Assembly (NCBI GenBank): GCA_964519015.1
Contig: CAZFHZ010000002.1
Location: forward strand, 397 to 64,396
Reading direction: 5' to 3'
DNA from: an uncultured Gemmatimonadota bacterium
Lineage (GTDB): Bacteria; Blakebacterota; Blakebacteria; Blakebacterales; CAYUVJ01
Length of the DNA stretch: 64,000 bases
Positions within the stretch are counted from its first letter, which is position 1. Every line of letters starts with the position of its first letter. Both the position numbers and the translations under genes were made by a program. The notes beneath the pieces were generated by a model. That model was not told where the DNA came from. It did no database searches and saw only the letters and a list, made by a program, of their open reading frames with translations. Shown here piece after piece: positions 27,322-36,452 of the stretch.

Positions 27322-28407
27322 ATGAAGCTCCCTGCCCGGCTCGTCCCGACCGGGGTCGTCTTCCTGCTCGGCAGCGCCTGCGCGGGGGGTGCGCCACCCG
27401 GTACCCTTCCCCCGCCACCGCCGGCCTCCGGCATCTACCTGCCGATCCCGGAATCGGTGCAGACGGCCGCTCCCTGGCAGCGCCCGCCCGCTCCTGAAGC
27501 GAACGCCTCCTTCCTGGCCATCGACAGCGTCCCCTACTACCGGCTCGGACCGAGGGATGAACTGGAACTCACTATCGCGATCGGTGAGACCGAGCGGAGT
27601 TACCCGGTCCGGATCAGCGAGGGGGGAGAAGTCGGACTGCCGGCCGGCCTGGCCACCGGTCGGGTGCGCATCGGGGGACTCGCCCTCCCCCAGGCCGAAG
27701 CGCGTCTCATCGAGGCGCTCGGGCGCACGGTCCGTGACCCGCAGGTCCGCCTGCGCGTGACGGTCTATCGCGGCTCGCCGGTCACTCTGCTCGGGGAGCT
27801 GACCACCCGCGTCGCCACTGGGGAATCGGGCCCCGGTATCTATCCCCTCGAAGGGGCCACCAACCTGCTCGAATTCATCTTCCGGCACGCCGCCTTCACC
27901 GAGCAGAGCGACCTGACCGCCGTGCTCGTGACCGATGCCTCGGGGCGAACCGGCATGTTCGACCTGTCCGCCGTCCTCTACCGGGGGGAGAACGCCCAGA
28001 ACCCGCTCCTCGACCGGGGGGACGTGGTGACCATCCCCTCGCTGATGAGCACCCGCCGTTACGTCTATGTGCTCGGCGAGGTCACCACTCCGGGGCTGAT
28101 GCGGCCGCAGCCAGGCATGACCGTGGTGGACGCGGTCGCACTGGCCGGCGGGCCCAACACCCGGGCCCGCCAGGGGTGGGTTACCGTGGCGCGGGGCCGG
28201 GGGGAGGACACCCAGCTCTTCCGGGTGCCTTACACCCGCATCCTCAGGAAAGGGGAACTGACCGCCAACATGGTCGTACTGCCCGGTGACATCGTCTACG
28301 TGAGCCGCAGCTCGATGGACACCGTGGGCACGTTCTTCCGAGATATCTGGGGGATCCTGCAAACCGGTGTGGTCTTCACCTTCTTCGTCAACCAGGTGAA
28401 ACCCTGA
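27322..28407 (+). CDS. wza: Polysaccharide export lipoprotein (Wza/SLBB family)
   Basis: Lipobox LGSAC; YRLGPRDELEL, IGGLALPQAE..L, DPQV, VYVLGEVTTPG, DAVALAGG, PGDIVYV; C-terminal amphipathic helix. Confidence 0.88.
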   Translation: MKLPARLVPTGVVFLLGSACAGGAPPGTLPPPPPASGIYLPIPESVQTAAPWQRPPAPEANASFLAIDSVPYYRLGPRDELELTIAIGETERSYPVRISEGGEVGLPAGLATGRVRIGGLALPQAEARLIEALGRTVRDPQVRLRVTVYRGSPVTLLGELTTRVATGESGPGIYPLEGATNLLEFIFRHAAFTEQSDLTAVLVTDASGRTGMFDLSAVLYRGENAQNPLLDRGDVVTIPSLMSTRRYVYVLGEVTTPGLMRPQPGMTVVDAVALAGGPNTRARQGWVTVARGRGEDTQLFRVPYTRILRKGELTANMVVLPGDIVYVSRSSMDTVGTFFRDIWGILQTGVVFTFFVNQVKP

Positions 28408-31361
28408 TGCCTCGCTACGAGCTGAACCTGCGCGACTACTACCGGATCGTCCGGCGCCACATCATCGTGATCGCCGCGGTGGCGCTCGGCCTGGGCGGGC
28501 TCTCCTACATGCTGACCGAACAGGTACCCACCTACCGGGCCCGGGCCACCGTGCGGATCCAGCGCGCCAGCGACATCACCAGCTTCATCATGGAGACATT
28601 CTACTGGAGTCCTGAGGACAACATCTCCACCCAGGTCCGGCTCATCAGCAGCCAGCCAGTGCTGCTCCGGGTAGCACAGAAGCTGTACACGCAATTAGGC
28701 GAACTGGAACTGGATACAATCGCAGAGACCCGGCGCTCACTGCTAGATACCCTCAATGTCCTCTCCGGCCAGATCAGCGCCCAGCAGGTGGAGGCCTCGG
28801 GTCTGGTCGATATCATCGCGAGCGTCAAGGATCCGGATCGCACCGGCACGGCTGGGGAGAGGGCCACGAAGCTGGCGAGACACGCAGCCAACGCTTTCAT
28901 GGAGTTCAGTAACGATCAGGCTAAATTCCGGACGAAAGAGGCGGGTGACTTCGTCGAGGGGCAGCTCGGCATCGTGCAAGACCGACTCGCTACGAGTCAG
29001 ACCGACCTCAAGAAATTCCTCGAGGATAACTTAGAAACCGCGAGCGCCGATGTATCCGGCCTCTCCGTCCTGATCGATCGCCAGCGCAACCTGCAGAGCC
29101 GGATCGTACTATTGCAGGAACAGCTGCGCCGCCTCCGGATTGGGGACTTCAACCTCCCTTCCTCCGGATCTTCCGTCGACCCGGCAGCAGTGAGCTACCA
29201 GGTCGAGACCTTCCGGCCGCTCACCGACCTCCTGACCCGCCGGGCGAACCTGCTTATTACCTACACGTCCCAGGCCCCCGCAGTGCGCGCCCTGGAAGCA
29301 CGTATCGAGGAAGTCCGCCGCGAGATCCGCACGACCCTGGAGATGGACCTGACTTCGCTCCAATCCCAGCTTGAATCGATCAACGGAATCCTGCACGACT
29401 ACCCTCAGGAAGAGATCGAGCTGGCCACCCGGCGGAGGGCGGTGGAGCTGAACACCCAACTGGTCGAGCAGCTACAGACGCGTCGGCAGGAGATCCAGAT
29501 CCAGGAGAGCCAGAAATCGGGTGAGGTGACCATCGTCAACTACCCGACCTCGGCCACCTCCGACCAGCAGGAGGGGGGGAAGGGGCTCAAGACGATCGTC
29601 GGGCTGTTGCTCGGGCTCATGCTGGGGGTGTTGCTCGCCTTTCTGCTGGAGTCGATGGACACCTCCATCGGCACCATCGAGGACGTCGAGGAGTACCTGG
29701 AACTGCCCGTGCTGGCGGTCATCCCCCACCTGGGCGTGGACAAGGTGGCGGCCCGGCTGGTCCAGGAGAGCCCGCAGCTCAGGGACGACCCCAACCTGGA
29801 CATGTACGCCCGCCTCATCCCGCAGTACGACCCGAAGTCACCGGCAGCCGAGGCGTACCGCACCCTGCGTACCAACCTGCAGTTCGCCACCGCCGCGGCC
29901 GAGACCGGCGAGGAGACCAAGAACACCTTCGTCTTCACCTCCTCCTCCCTGCAGGAGGGGAAGACCACCACCATCATCAACCTGGCCATCACCATGGCCC
30001 AGGCCGGCAGCCGGGTGCTCCTGATGGGCTGCAACATGCGCCGCCCGACCCTCTACAAGTCGTTCGGGGTGCCGCGGGAGCGCGGCATGACCGACATCCT
30101 GACCGGCCAGCTCAACTGGCGGGACTGCGTCAAGACGGTCACCGACATGATGGTTGGGCCGCTCAGCCTGCAGAGCGTCATGTCGATGCCGGGGCTGGAC
30201 AACCTGCACCTGATCACGGCCGGGGGCATCCCCCCCAACCCCAGCGAACTGCTCAACTCCCACCGCTTCGGAGAGCTGATCGCCGAGGTCCGCAAGGAGT
30301 TCGATTACGTCATCGTGGACTGCCCCCCCATCCTCCCGGTCACCGACGCCGCCGTGGTCGGCCGTCAGGTCGACTGGAGCGTACTCGTCTACCAGGTCGG
30401 GAAGGTGCCGCGGAACGCCCTGCGAAGAGCCCGTACCCACCTGCAGAACGTGGGGGGTCACGTGCTCGGCATCGCCATGAACGACGTGCGGGCCGAGATC
30501 AGCGGCTACTCCCCCTACAGCCAGTACATGACCAAGTACTACGGGGAGGAGGGGAGGGGCCGCAGAACACTGCTCCAGCGGGTCTTCGGTCGGGGCCGCA
30601 AGGGGACGCCGGCAGCCAAGGCAGGAGAGGAGAAGAAGGCCCGCCGGACGCTCCTCCAGATGATGTTCAACCGTTTCCGCAAAGGTGAGTCCGCCCGCCG
30701 GGCGGGGCCGGAGAAACCCGGCCGGATCAAGGCCGACCTGGACCGTTCCTGGATCGGCGTGCCCTACCACGAAGAAGTGGATGAGGGAAAGCCGGACCGC
30801 ACGCAGCTCGCGCGACTCCCCTACTCCCGCCTCACGCCACCGGAGGAGCCCACGCCGAAACCACCCGGGAGCGAGCCCGCGAAGGAGTCCGATCAGCCGG
30901 CTGAGTCCGCTCCCCGCCGGAGCCTGCTCGATCTCATCCCGCTGTGGGCCTGGCTGGTCGCCCTGGTCGTCGTGGTGCTGATCATCGTGCTCAGCCTGCT
31001 CGGCGTCTGGTCGGGCGGCGGCACCGCCGCCGTCCCCACCCCCACCGTCCGCGTGCTGGCCGAGTCCACATCACCACCGGCTCTCCCCGTGTCTGCCTCC
31101 GTGTGGAGCGTGCTGACCGGCTCCTTCCCGACCGAGGCGGAGGCGCACCGGCTCGTCCGCGCGCTCGAGGCGTCGTCGGAACTGACGGCGGCCGGGATCT
31201 GGACCCGCCCCGAAGAGGTCCCCGGGCTCGGCACCTGGTACCGGGTCTGGGTGGGACGCTTCACCGGGAAGGAGGAAGGGGAAGCGGCCGCCGAGCAGGT
31301 GCGGCGCACCGGCCTGACCGCTCTGGCCTTGCTGCGCAGCACCATCGCCCCGCTCCCCTGA
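28407..31361 (+). CDS. wzc: Wzc-like polysaccharide co-polymerase/BY-kinase with extra C-terminal TM and SPOR-like domain
   Basis: ELNLRDY, two TMs flanking a coiled-coil periplasmic domain, AEAYRTLRTNL, Walker A SSSLQEGKTT, Walker B IVDCPP, Tyr cluster GYSPYSQYMTKYY; then a third TM and a SPOR-like VLTGSF...WYRVWVGRF. Confidence 0.9.
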   Translation: MPRYELNLRDYYRIVRRHIIVIAAVALGLGGLSYMLTEQVPTYRARATVRIQRASDITSFIMETFYWSPEDNISTQVRLISSQPVLLRVAQKLYTQLGELELDTIAETRRSLLDTLNVLSGQISAQQVEASGLVDIIASVKDPDRTGTAGERATKLARHAANAFMEFSNDQAKFRTKEAGDFVEGQLGIVQDRLATSQTDLKKFLEDNLETASADVSGLSVLIDRQRNLQSRIVLLQEQLRRLRIGDFNLPSSGSSVDPAAVSYQVETFRPLTDLLTRRANLLITYTSQAPAVRALEARIEEVRREIRTTLEMDLTSLQSQLESINGILHDYPQEEIELATRRRAVELNTQLVEQLQTRRQEIQIQESQKSGEVTIVNYPTSATSDQQEGGKGLKTIVGLLLGLMLGVLLAFLLESMDTSIGTIEDVEEYLELPVLAVIPHLGVDKVAARLVQESPQLRDDPNLDMYARLIPQYDPKSPAAEAYRTLRTNLQFATAAAETGEETKNTFVFTSSSLQEGKTTTIINLAITMAQAGSRVLLMGCNMRRPTLYKSFGVPRERGMTDILTGQLNWRDCVKTVTDMMVGPLSLQSVMSMPGLDNLHLITAGGIPPNPSELLNSHRFGELIAEVRKEFDYVIVDCPPILPVTDAAVVGRQVDWSVLVYQVGKVPRNALRRARTHLQNVGGHVLGIAMNDVRAEISGYSPYSQYMTKYYGEEGRGRRTLLQRVFGRGRKGTPAAKAGEEKKARRTLLQMMFNRFRKGESARRAGPEKPGRIKADLDRSWIGVPYHEEVDEGKPDRTQLARLPYSRLTPPEEPTPKPPGSEPAKESDQPAESAPRRSLLDLIPLWAWLVALVVVVLIIVLSLLGVWSGGGTAAVPTPTVRVLAESTSPPALPVSASVWSVLTGSFPTEAEAHRLVRALEASSELTAAGIWTRPEEVPGLGTWYRVWVGRFTGKEEGEAAAEQVRRTGLTALALLRSTIAPLP

Positions 31362-31368
31362 ACGCCCG

Positions 31369-32805
31369 ATGGCCAGGCTGGAACCGGGCGAACAGACGCT
31401 CAAGGTCATCATTTTCCTGATCGTGGGCGTCATCTGCGTCTTCGTCGCCACCGTCGTCGCGCAGTCCAGCAACCTGGTCGCCCTGGGCGTCACCTTCGGC
31501 ATCATCATCTTCGCGATCGCCTTCCTCTATCCCGAGGCGGGTCTCTACATCCTCCTGCTCTCCATGCTGCTCAGTCCCGAGATCATCGTCGGTGGTCTGG
31601 GCGCAGGAGCCTCGGCCAGCCGCGGAGTCACCCTGCGCCTCGATGACTTCCTGCTCCTGCTGCTGGCCGCCACCTGGCTCGCGCGGGGAGCGATCTACAA
31701 GGAGCTGGGGGTCTTCCTCTCCAGCCCGCTCAACCGGCCGATCGCCATCTACCTGGCCATCGCCACCGTCTCCACCCTGATCGGGATGCTCTTCGATCGG
31801 GTCCGCCCCATGCTGGGCACCCTCTATGTCCTCAAGTACGCCGAGTACTTCATCGTCTACTTCGCGACCCTGAACTTCATCACCACCAAGCAGCAGATCC
31901 GGCGCCTGACCATAGTCGCCATCCTGACCGCGGTGGCGGTGGCCTTCTTCGCCATCGCCCAGATCCCGCGGGGGGTCCGCGTCTCCGCTCCCTTCGAGGG
32001 CACGACGGGCGAGCCGAACACCCTGGGGGGGTATCTGATCCTCCTCGCGTCCATCCTGGCCGGACTCATGCTCACCGCACCCAGCCTGCGCCAGGGGATG
32101 CGCTACGTCACCGGCATCATGCTGCTCGGGGTCCCCTTCATCTTCACGCTCTCCCGGGCCTCCTATCTGGCCGCCCTGGCGGTCGCACCGGTCCTGATCT
32201 ACTTCTCCCGCCGCAAGATCATCGCCGGTTTCTCCATAGTGACCATCTTCCTGATCATGGTCCTGATCGCTCCGACCTCGGTGGCCGAGCGGATCCGCTA
32301 CACCTTCGGCGGTCAGGGGGTGCGCAGCGACCAGGTCGTCATCGGGAGCATCCGTCTCGACACTTCGACCTCGGCCCGTCTCGCCTCCTACCAGGAGGTC
32401 CTGCGCGACTTCCCCCGTGAACCGGTGATCGGCTACGGCGTCACCGGCTATAGTTTCGTGGACGGCCAGTACATGCGGGTGCTCATCGAGACCGGCCTGG
32501 TCGGTCTGGCCGCTTTCCTCTGGCTCCTGGTCGCTCTGGTCCGGCAGGGGCTGGCTTCGTTCCGGAGTGCGACCGACGAGTGGGAGCGGGGGCTGGCCAT
32601 CGGCTACCTGGCGGGTCTGGCCGGGCTGATCCTGCACGCCCTCGGGAGCAATACGTTCATCATCGTGCGGATCATGGAACCGTTCTGGTTCTTCACCGGG
32701 GTTGTGACCCTCCTTCATCTCTTCAACACCGGTGCTCACACTGAGGAGTTGCCGGTACCGAAGCAGAAGGAGTGGACGCGTTTCTCCGGACTCCTGCGCC
32801 CCTGA
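31369..32805 (+). CDS. O-antigen ligase/polymerase family protein (Wzy/WaaL-like)
   Basis: Multi-TM; EPNTLGGYL, FTLSRASY, P.IGYG, GQYMRVLIETGLVGL. Confidence 0.85.
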   Translation: MARLEPGEQTLKVIIFLIVGVICVFVATVVAQSSNLVALGVTFGIIIFAIAFLYPEAGLYILLLSMLLSPEIIVGGLGAGASASRGVTLRLDDFLLLLLAATWLARGAIYKELGVFLSSPLNRPIAIYLAIATVSTLIGMLFDRVRPMLGTLYVLKYAEYFIVYFATLNFITTKQQIRRLTIVAILTAVAVAFFAIAQIPRGVRVSAPFEGTTGEPNTLGGYLILLASILAGLMLTAPSLRQGMRYVTGIMLLGVPFIFTLSRASYLAALAVAPVLIYFSRRKIIAGFSIVTIFLIMVLIAPTSVAERIRYTFGGQGVRSDQVVIGSIRLDTSTSARLASYQEVLRDFPREPVIGYGVTGYSFVDGQYMRVLIETGLVGLAAFLWLLVALVRQGLASFRSATDEWERGLAIGYLAGLAGLILHALGSNTFIIVRIMEPFWFFTGVVTLLHLFNTGAHTEELPVPKQKEWTRFSGLLRP

Positions 32806-32813
32806 GGTCGCCG

Positions 32814-33335
32814 ATGGAACCATCCGGACAGCTCAGACTGAACCTGGGTAGTGGGGCCCGTCCGCTCGAGGGGTATGTCAACGTCGACCTGCGGGCCATG
32901 CCCGGGGTCGACGTGATCCACGACCTGGACGTCTATCCCTGGCCCTGGGCGGATGATTCGGTCGACCGGATCGAGATGCACCAGGTCCTGGAGCACCTCG
33001 GCGATCACAACCGGGCCATGCGGGAGATCCATCGGATCCTGAAGCCAGGTGGGACCGCCTACCTCTCCGTGCCCCACTTCACATGGCAGTACGCCTTCCA
33101 CGATCCCACCCACCGGTCGTTCTGGGGCTATCAGACGTTCTTCTACTATGTCAACCGGGGTGGGTACTTCGATTTCCGGTTCGCTTCGGTGCAGGTCCGT
33201 CTGGAGTTCGGGAAGGGCCGGGCCTTCTACAACCGCCTGATCGAGCCGATCGCCAACCGCTGGCCGTACCTCTATGAGTCAACACCCCTGCGGGTCTTCC
33301 CGGCCATGAAGGTCCATGCGTGGTTGACCAAGTGA
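32814..33335 (+). CDS. Small class I SAM-dependent methyltransferase
   Basis: LNLGSG, GYVNVD, HDLDVYPWPWADDSVD, VLEHL, EIHRILKPGG, DPTH. Confidence 0.88.
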   Translation: MEPSGQLRLNLGSGARPLEGYVNVDLRAMPGVDVIHDLDVYPWPWADDSVDRIEMHQVLEHLGDHNRAMREIHRILKPGGTAYLSVPHFTWQYAFHDPTHRSFWGYQTFFYYVNRGGYFDFRFASVQVRLEFGKGRAFYNRLIEPIANRWPYLYESTPLRVFPAMKVHAWLTK

Positions 33336-34381
33336 TCCCGCCCTCCGAACCCCACTCGGAACCTACCCTGGTGCTGGCCCTGGCCGGCATCGGCGACCTC
33401 CTGCTGGCCTCCCCGGCCATACGACGTCTGGAAGGGCACCATGGCGCCGGGCAGCTGCGGCTGGCCGTCGTCCCCCGGGCAACGGGCCTGCTCCCGCTGC
33501 TCGGCCTGGACTGCCGGATCCTCACCCTCCCGCTCAACCAGGTACGGCTGCCCGCTCCCCTCCGGCACGGTTCGGCCCGCCGCCGACTCGCGGCCTTCCT
33601 TGAGGAGGTGCGGGGAGAGGATATCGCCCGGGTGATCAGTCTGCACGAGATCGGCTCGCTGCGGGGATTGGTCAGCATGCACCTGCTGCTGCGCGGGATC
33701 GGGGCCCGAGAGACCCTCGGCCGGGGTTACCGCTCCACCACCCTCCCCTTCCGGACGGCCCTCCCTGAGACCACCCTGGCCGGCCTTCACAACGTCATCC
33801 GCTACCACCGGGTGGCCGACCTGGCCGGCGCTCCCGGTGAACACGCCGCGCCCCGGTTGACGCCGCCGGCGCTCCCCGACGGTCTGCCCGGACTTCCCGA
33901 GCCCCTGCTCTGTCTCAACCCCGGGGCCAACCGGGATGAGAAGCGCTGGCCGCCGGAGCACCTGATCGTGACCGGACACCGGTTGAAGGAGCGGTTCGCC
34001 AGCCTGGCCGTGCTGGGCGGACCCGACGAGGCGGCTGAGAGCACCCGCATCGCCGAGGCGATCGGACCGCCCGCCGTCTCACTGGCGGGACGCGTGGACC
34101 TCATGGGGCTGGCCGCCGTGCTCGGCCGGGCGGAGGTCGTGGTGACCAGCAACTCCGGACCGATGCACCTGGCGGCGGCCCTGGGTACCCGGGTGGTGGC
34201 CATCTTCGGGAACCTGCCCACCGACACCCTCCATCCCTACCTCCCGGCCGAGCGTTTCCGGGTACTTTCCAGCGCAGATACCCAACGGTCAGCCGCCCGG
34301 CGGCGGCAGCTGGCCGCTTCGATGCGCGCGGTGACTACCGACGCCGTGGTCGCCGCCGTGGACGAACTGACCGGGGTCTGA
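33320..34381 (+). CDS. Glycosyltransferase family 9 (heptosyltransferase-like)
   Basis: AGIGDLLLASP, LNPGA...KRWP, LAGRVDLMGLAAVL, VTSNSGPMHLAAALGT. Confidence 0.88.
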   Translation: MVDQVIPPSEPHSEPTLVLALAGIGDLLLASPAIRRLEGHHGAGQLRLAVVPRATGLLPLLGLDCRILTLPLNQVRLPAPLRHGSARRRLAAFLEEVRGEDIARVISLHEIGSLRGLVSMHLLLRGIGARETLGRGYRSTTLPFRTALPETTLAGLHNVIRYHRVADLAGAPGEHAAPRLTPPALPDGLPGLPEPLLCLNPGANRDEKRWPPEHLIVTGHRLKERFASLAVLGGPDEAAESTRIAEAIGPPAVSLAGRVDLMGLAAVLGRAEVVVTSNSGPMHLAAALGTRVVAIFGNLPTDTLHPYLPAERFRVLSSADTQRSAARRRQLAASMRAVTTDAVVAAVDELTGV

Positions 34382-34382
34382 G

Positions 34383-35564
34383 GTGACGGACAGCCGACCG
34401 ATCCTGCACGTGATCACCCGCCTGGAGGCCGGTGGGGCCCCTCGCAGCCTGCTGCTGCTGCTCGAAGGGTTGCGGGCGGCCGGGATCGAGGTGGAACTGG
34501 CAACCGGGTTTACACCTCCCCCCGCGCTCGATCTGCTCCCCGAAGCCGAACGCCTGGGGATACCCCTCCATGTGATCCACCACTTGCGGCGCGATCCCCA
34601 TCCGTGGCATGACGCGGCCGCCCTGGTCGAACTCGTCCGGCTCATCCGCCGCCGCCGGCCGGTCATGGTCCACGCCCACACCAGTAAGGCCGGCTTCCTG
34701 GGCCGGCTGGCCGCCCGCCTGACCGGGATCCCCTCCGTCTACTCCCCCCGCGGCACCATCCTGGAGGGGTATTTCACCGGCCTGCGGCGCGGTCTCTTCC
34801 TCCGGCTCGATCGGCTGGCCGCCCGCTGGTCCTCCTTTATCGTCGGCCTGACCCCCGAGGAGTCGGCCTCCTATCTGGCCGCCGGGATCGGGCGGCCCGA
34901 CCAGCACGTGAATATCCCCATCGGGGTGGACTGCGCACTCTTCACCCCGCCCGAGACGGCCGAGCGTACCCGGCGCCGGGCCGACATCGGTCTGCGGGAG
35001 GAGGAACTCCTGCTCCTTTCGGTGGGCCGTCTGGTACCGGTGAAGGATCAGGCCACCCTGGTGCGGGGGCTGGCCCTGCTGCCGGCCGACCTCCCTCCCT
35101 GGCAGTGCTGGATCGTGGGCGCCGGGCCCGAGGAAGAGAGACTCTCCCGGCTGATCAACGAGAGCGGGTTGACCGGTCGGGTCCGGCTGACCGGCCATTC
35201 CGACGAGGTACCCCGCCTGCTCGGTCTGGGCGACCTCTTCCTTTTGACCTCGGTCAACGAGGGGTTCGGCCGGGTGCTGCTGGAGGCGATGGCGGCCGGC
35301 CTGCCGGTGGTAGCCACCTCGGTGGGCGGGATCCCCAGCGTGCTCGATGAGGGGAGGGCCGGACGGCTGGTACCCCCCAGCGACCCCGACCGTCTGGCCG
35401 CAGTGCTGACGCCGCTTCTGCGCGACCCCGGGGAACGGGCCCGGCTCGCCCGACTCGGCCGGGAACGAGTCCGTACCACCTACAGTCTGGAGGCGGGGGT
35501 GCAGCAGCATCAGCAGCTCTACCAACGGGTGCTGGGTGGCGGGAGTACCGGCGGGCTGGTATAG
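34383..35564 (+). CDS. Glycosyltransferase family 4
   Basis: ILHVITRLEAGGA, VHAHTSKAG, VGRLVPVKD, LTSVNEGFGRVLLEAMAAGLPVVAT. Confidence 0.93.
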   Translation: MTDSRPILHVITRLEAGGAPRSLLLLLEGLRAAGIEVELATGFTPPPALDLLPEAERLGIPLHVIHHLRRDPHPWHDAAALVELVRLIRRRRPVMVHAHTSKAGFLGRLAARLTGIPSVYSPRGTILEGYFTGLRRGLFLRLDRLAARWSSFIVGLTPEESASYLAAGIGRPDQHVNIPIGVDCALFTPPETAERTRRRADIGLREEELLLLSVGRLVPVKDQATLVRGLALLPADLPPWQCWIVGAGPEEERLSRLINESGLTGRVRLTGHSDEVPRLLGLGDLFLLTSVNEGFGRVLLEAMAAGLPVVATSVGGIPSVLDEGRAGRLVPPSDPDRLAAVLTPLLRDPGERARLARLGRERVRTTYSLEAGVQQHQQLYQRVLGGGSTGGLV

Positions 35565-35634
35565 TGTCATCGTCCGGCGCAATCTTTGTTTTTGAAGGGT
35601 CGTGTAAGCCGGTCCAGCTTCACCCTATGGGAGC

Positions 35635-36447
35635 ATGAGCATGTACCTGGATTTCTGGGGTCTTGAGCGCATGCCGTTCAAGAACACACCCGACCCCGAA
35701 TTCTATTTCCACTCCCCGCAGCACGAAGAGACGCTCACCCGCATGCTCTTCTGCGTGCAGAACGACATGGGCGCGGCGGTCGTCACGGGCGTCTTCGGCT
35801 GCGGCAAGACGCTGCTCATCCACCTGCTCCGCACCCGGCTGGAACGGAGTAACTACCAGTTCGTGATGGTCTCCAACCCCCAGCTGGATGACGTCGAGCT
35901 GCTCCGCATGATCCTCATCAAGATGGGCCTCTCGGTGGTGCCGCACGCCAAGGCCGACGTGGTCAGCCGCCTGGAGGAACACCTGCTCAACAACCAGCGT
36001 GACGGCCGCCAGACCCTCCTGATCATCGACGAAGCGCACATCATCGAGCGACGGGAGACGTTCGAGGAGATCAGGCTGCTCCTCAACTACCAGAGCGAAG
36101 GGCGCTCCCTCCTCAGTCTCTTCCTGGTAGGGCAGCCCGAACTGAGCCTCAAGGTGGACCTCAACAAGCCGCTGGCGCAGCGGGTGGCGATGCGGGCCCA
36201 CCTGGGGCCCTTCACCCTCGCGGACACGACGGCCTACGTACGGCATCGTCTCAAGACCGGCGGTTGTGAGCGGGAGATCCTGACCGAGAAGGCGTACGAA
36301 CTGGTGCACGACCTGAGCGCGGGCATCCCCCGGCGGATCAACAACATCTGCAACCTGGCCCTCCTCCTGGGCGCCTCGCGCGGACAGGAGCGGGTCGATG
36401 AGATGATCGTCTACGAAGTCTCCCGCACCCTGGAGGGGGAGTACTGA
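35635..36447 (+). CDS. ExeA/GspA-like AAA ATPase (ATPase domain only)
   Basis: MYLDFWGL..PF..TPDP.F, Walker A GVFGCGKT, Walker B LLIIDEAH, LVGQPEL, GIPRRINNIC; 270 aa, no TM or peptidoglycan-binding tail. Confidence 0.92.
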   Translation: MSMYLDFWGLERMPFKNTPDPEFYFHSPQHEETLTRMLFCVQNDMGAAVVTGVFGCGKTLLIHLLRTRLERSNYQFVMVSNPQLDDVELLRMILIKMGLSVVPHAKADVVSRLEEHLLNNQRDGRQTLLIIDEAHIIERRETFEEIRLLLNYQSEGRSLLSLFLVGQPELSLKVDLNKPLAQRVAMRAHLGPFTLADTTAYVRHRLKTGGCEREILTEKAYELVHDLSAGIPRRINNICNLALLLGASRGQERVDEMIVYEVSRTLEGEY

Positions 36448-36452
36448 ACCGG

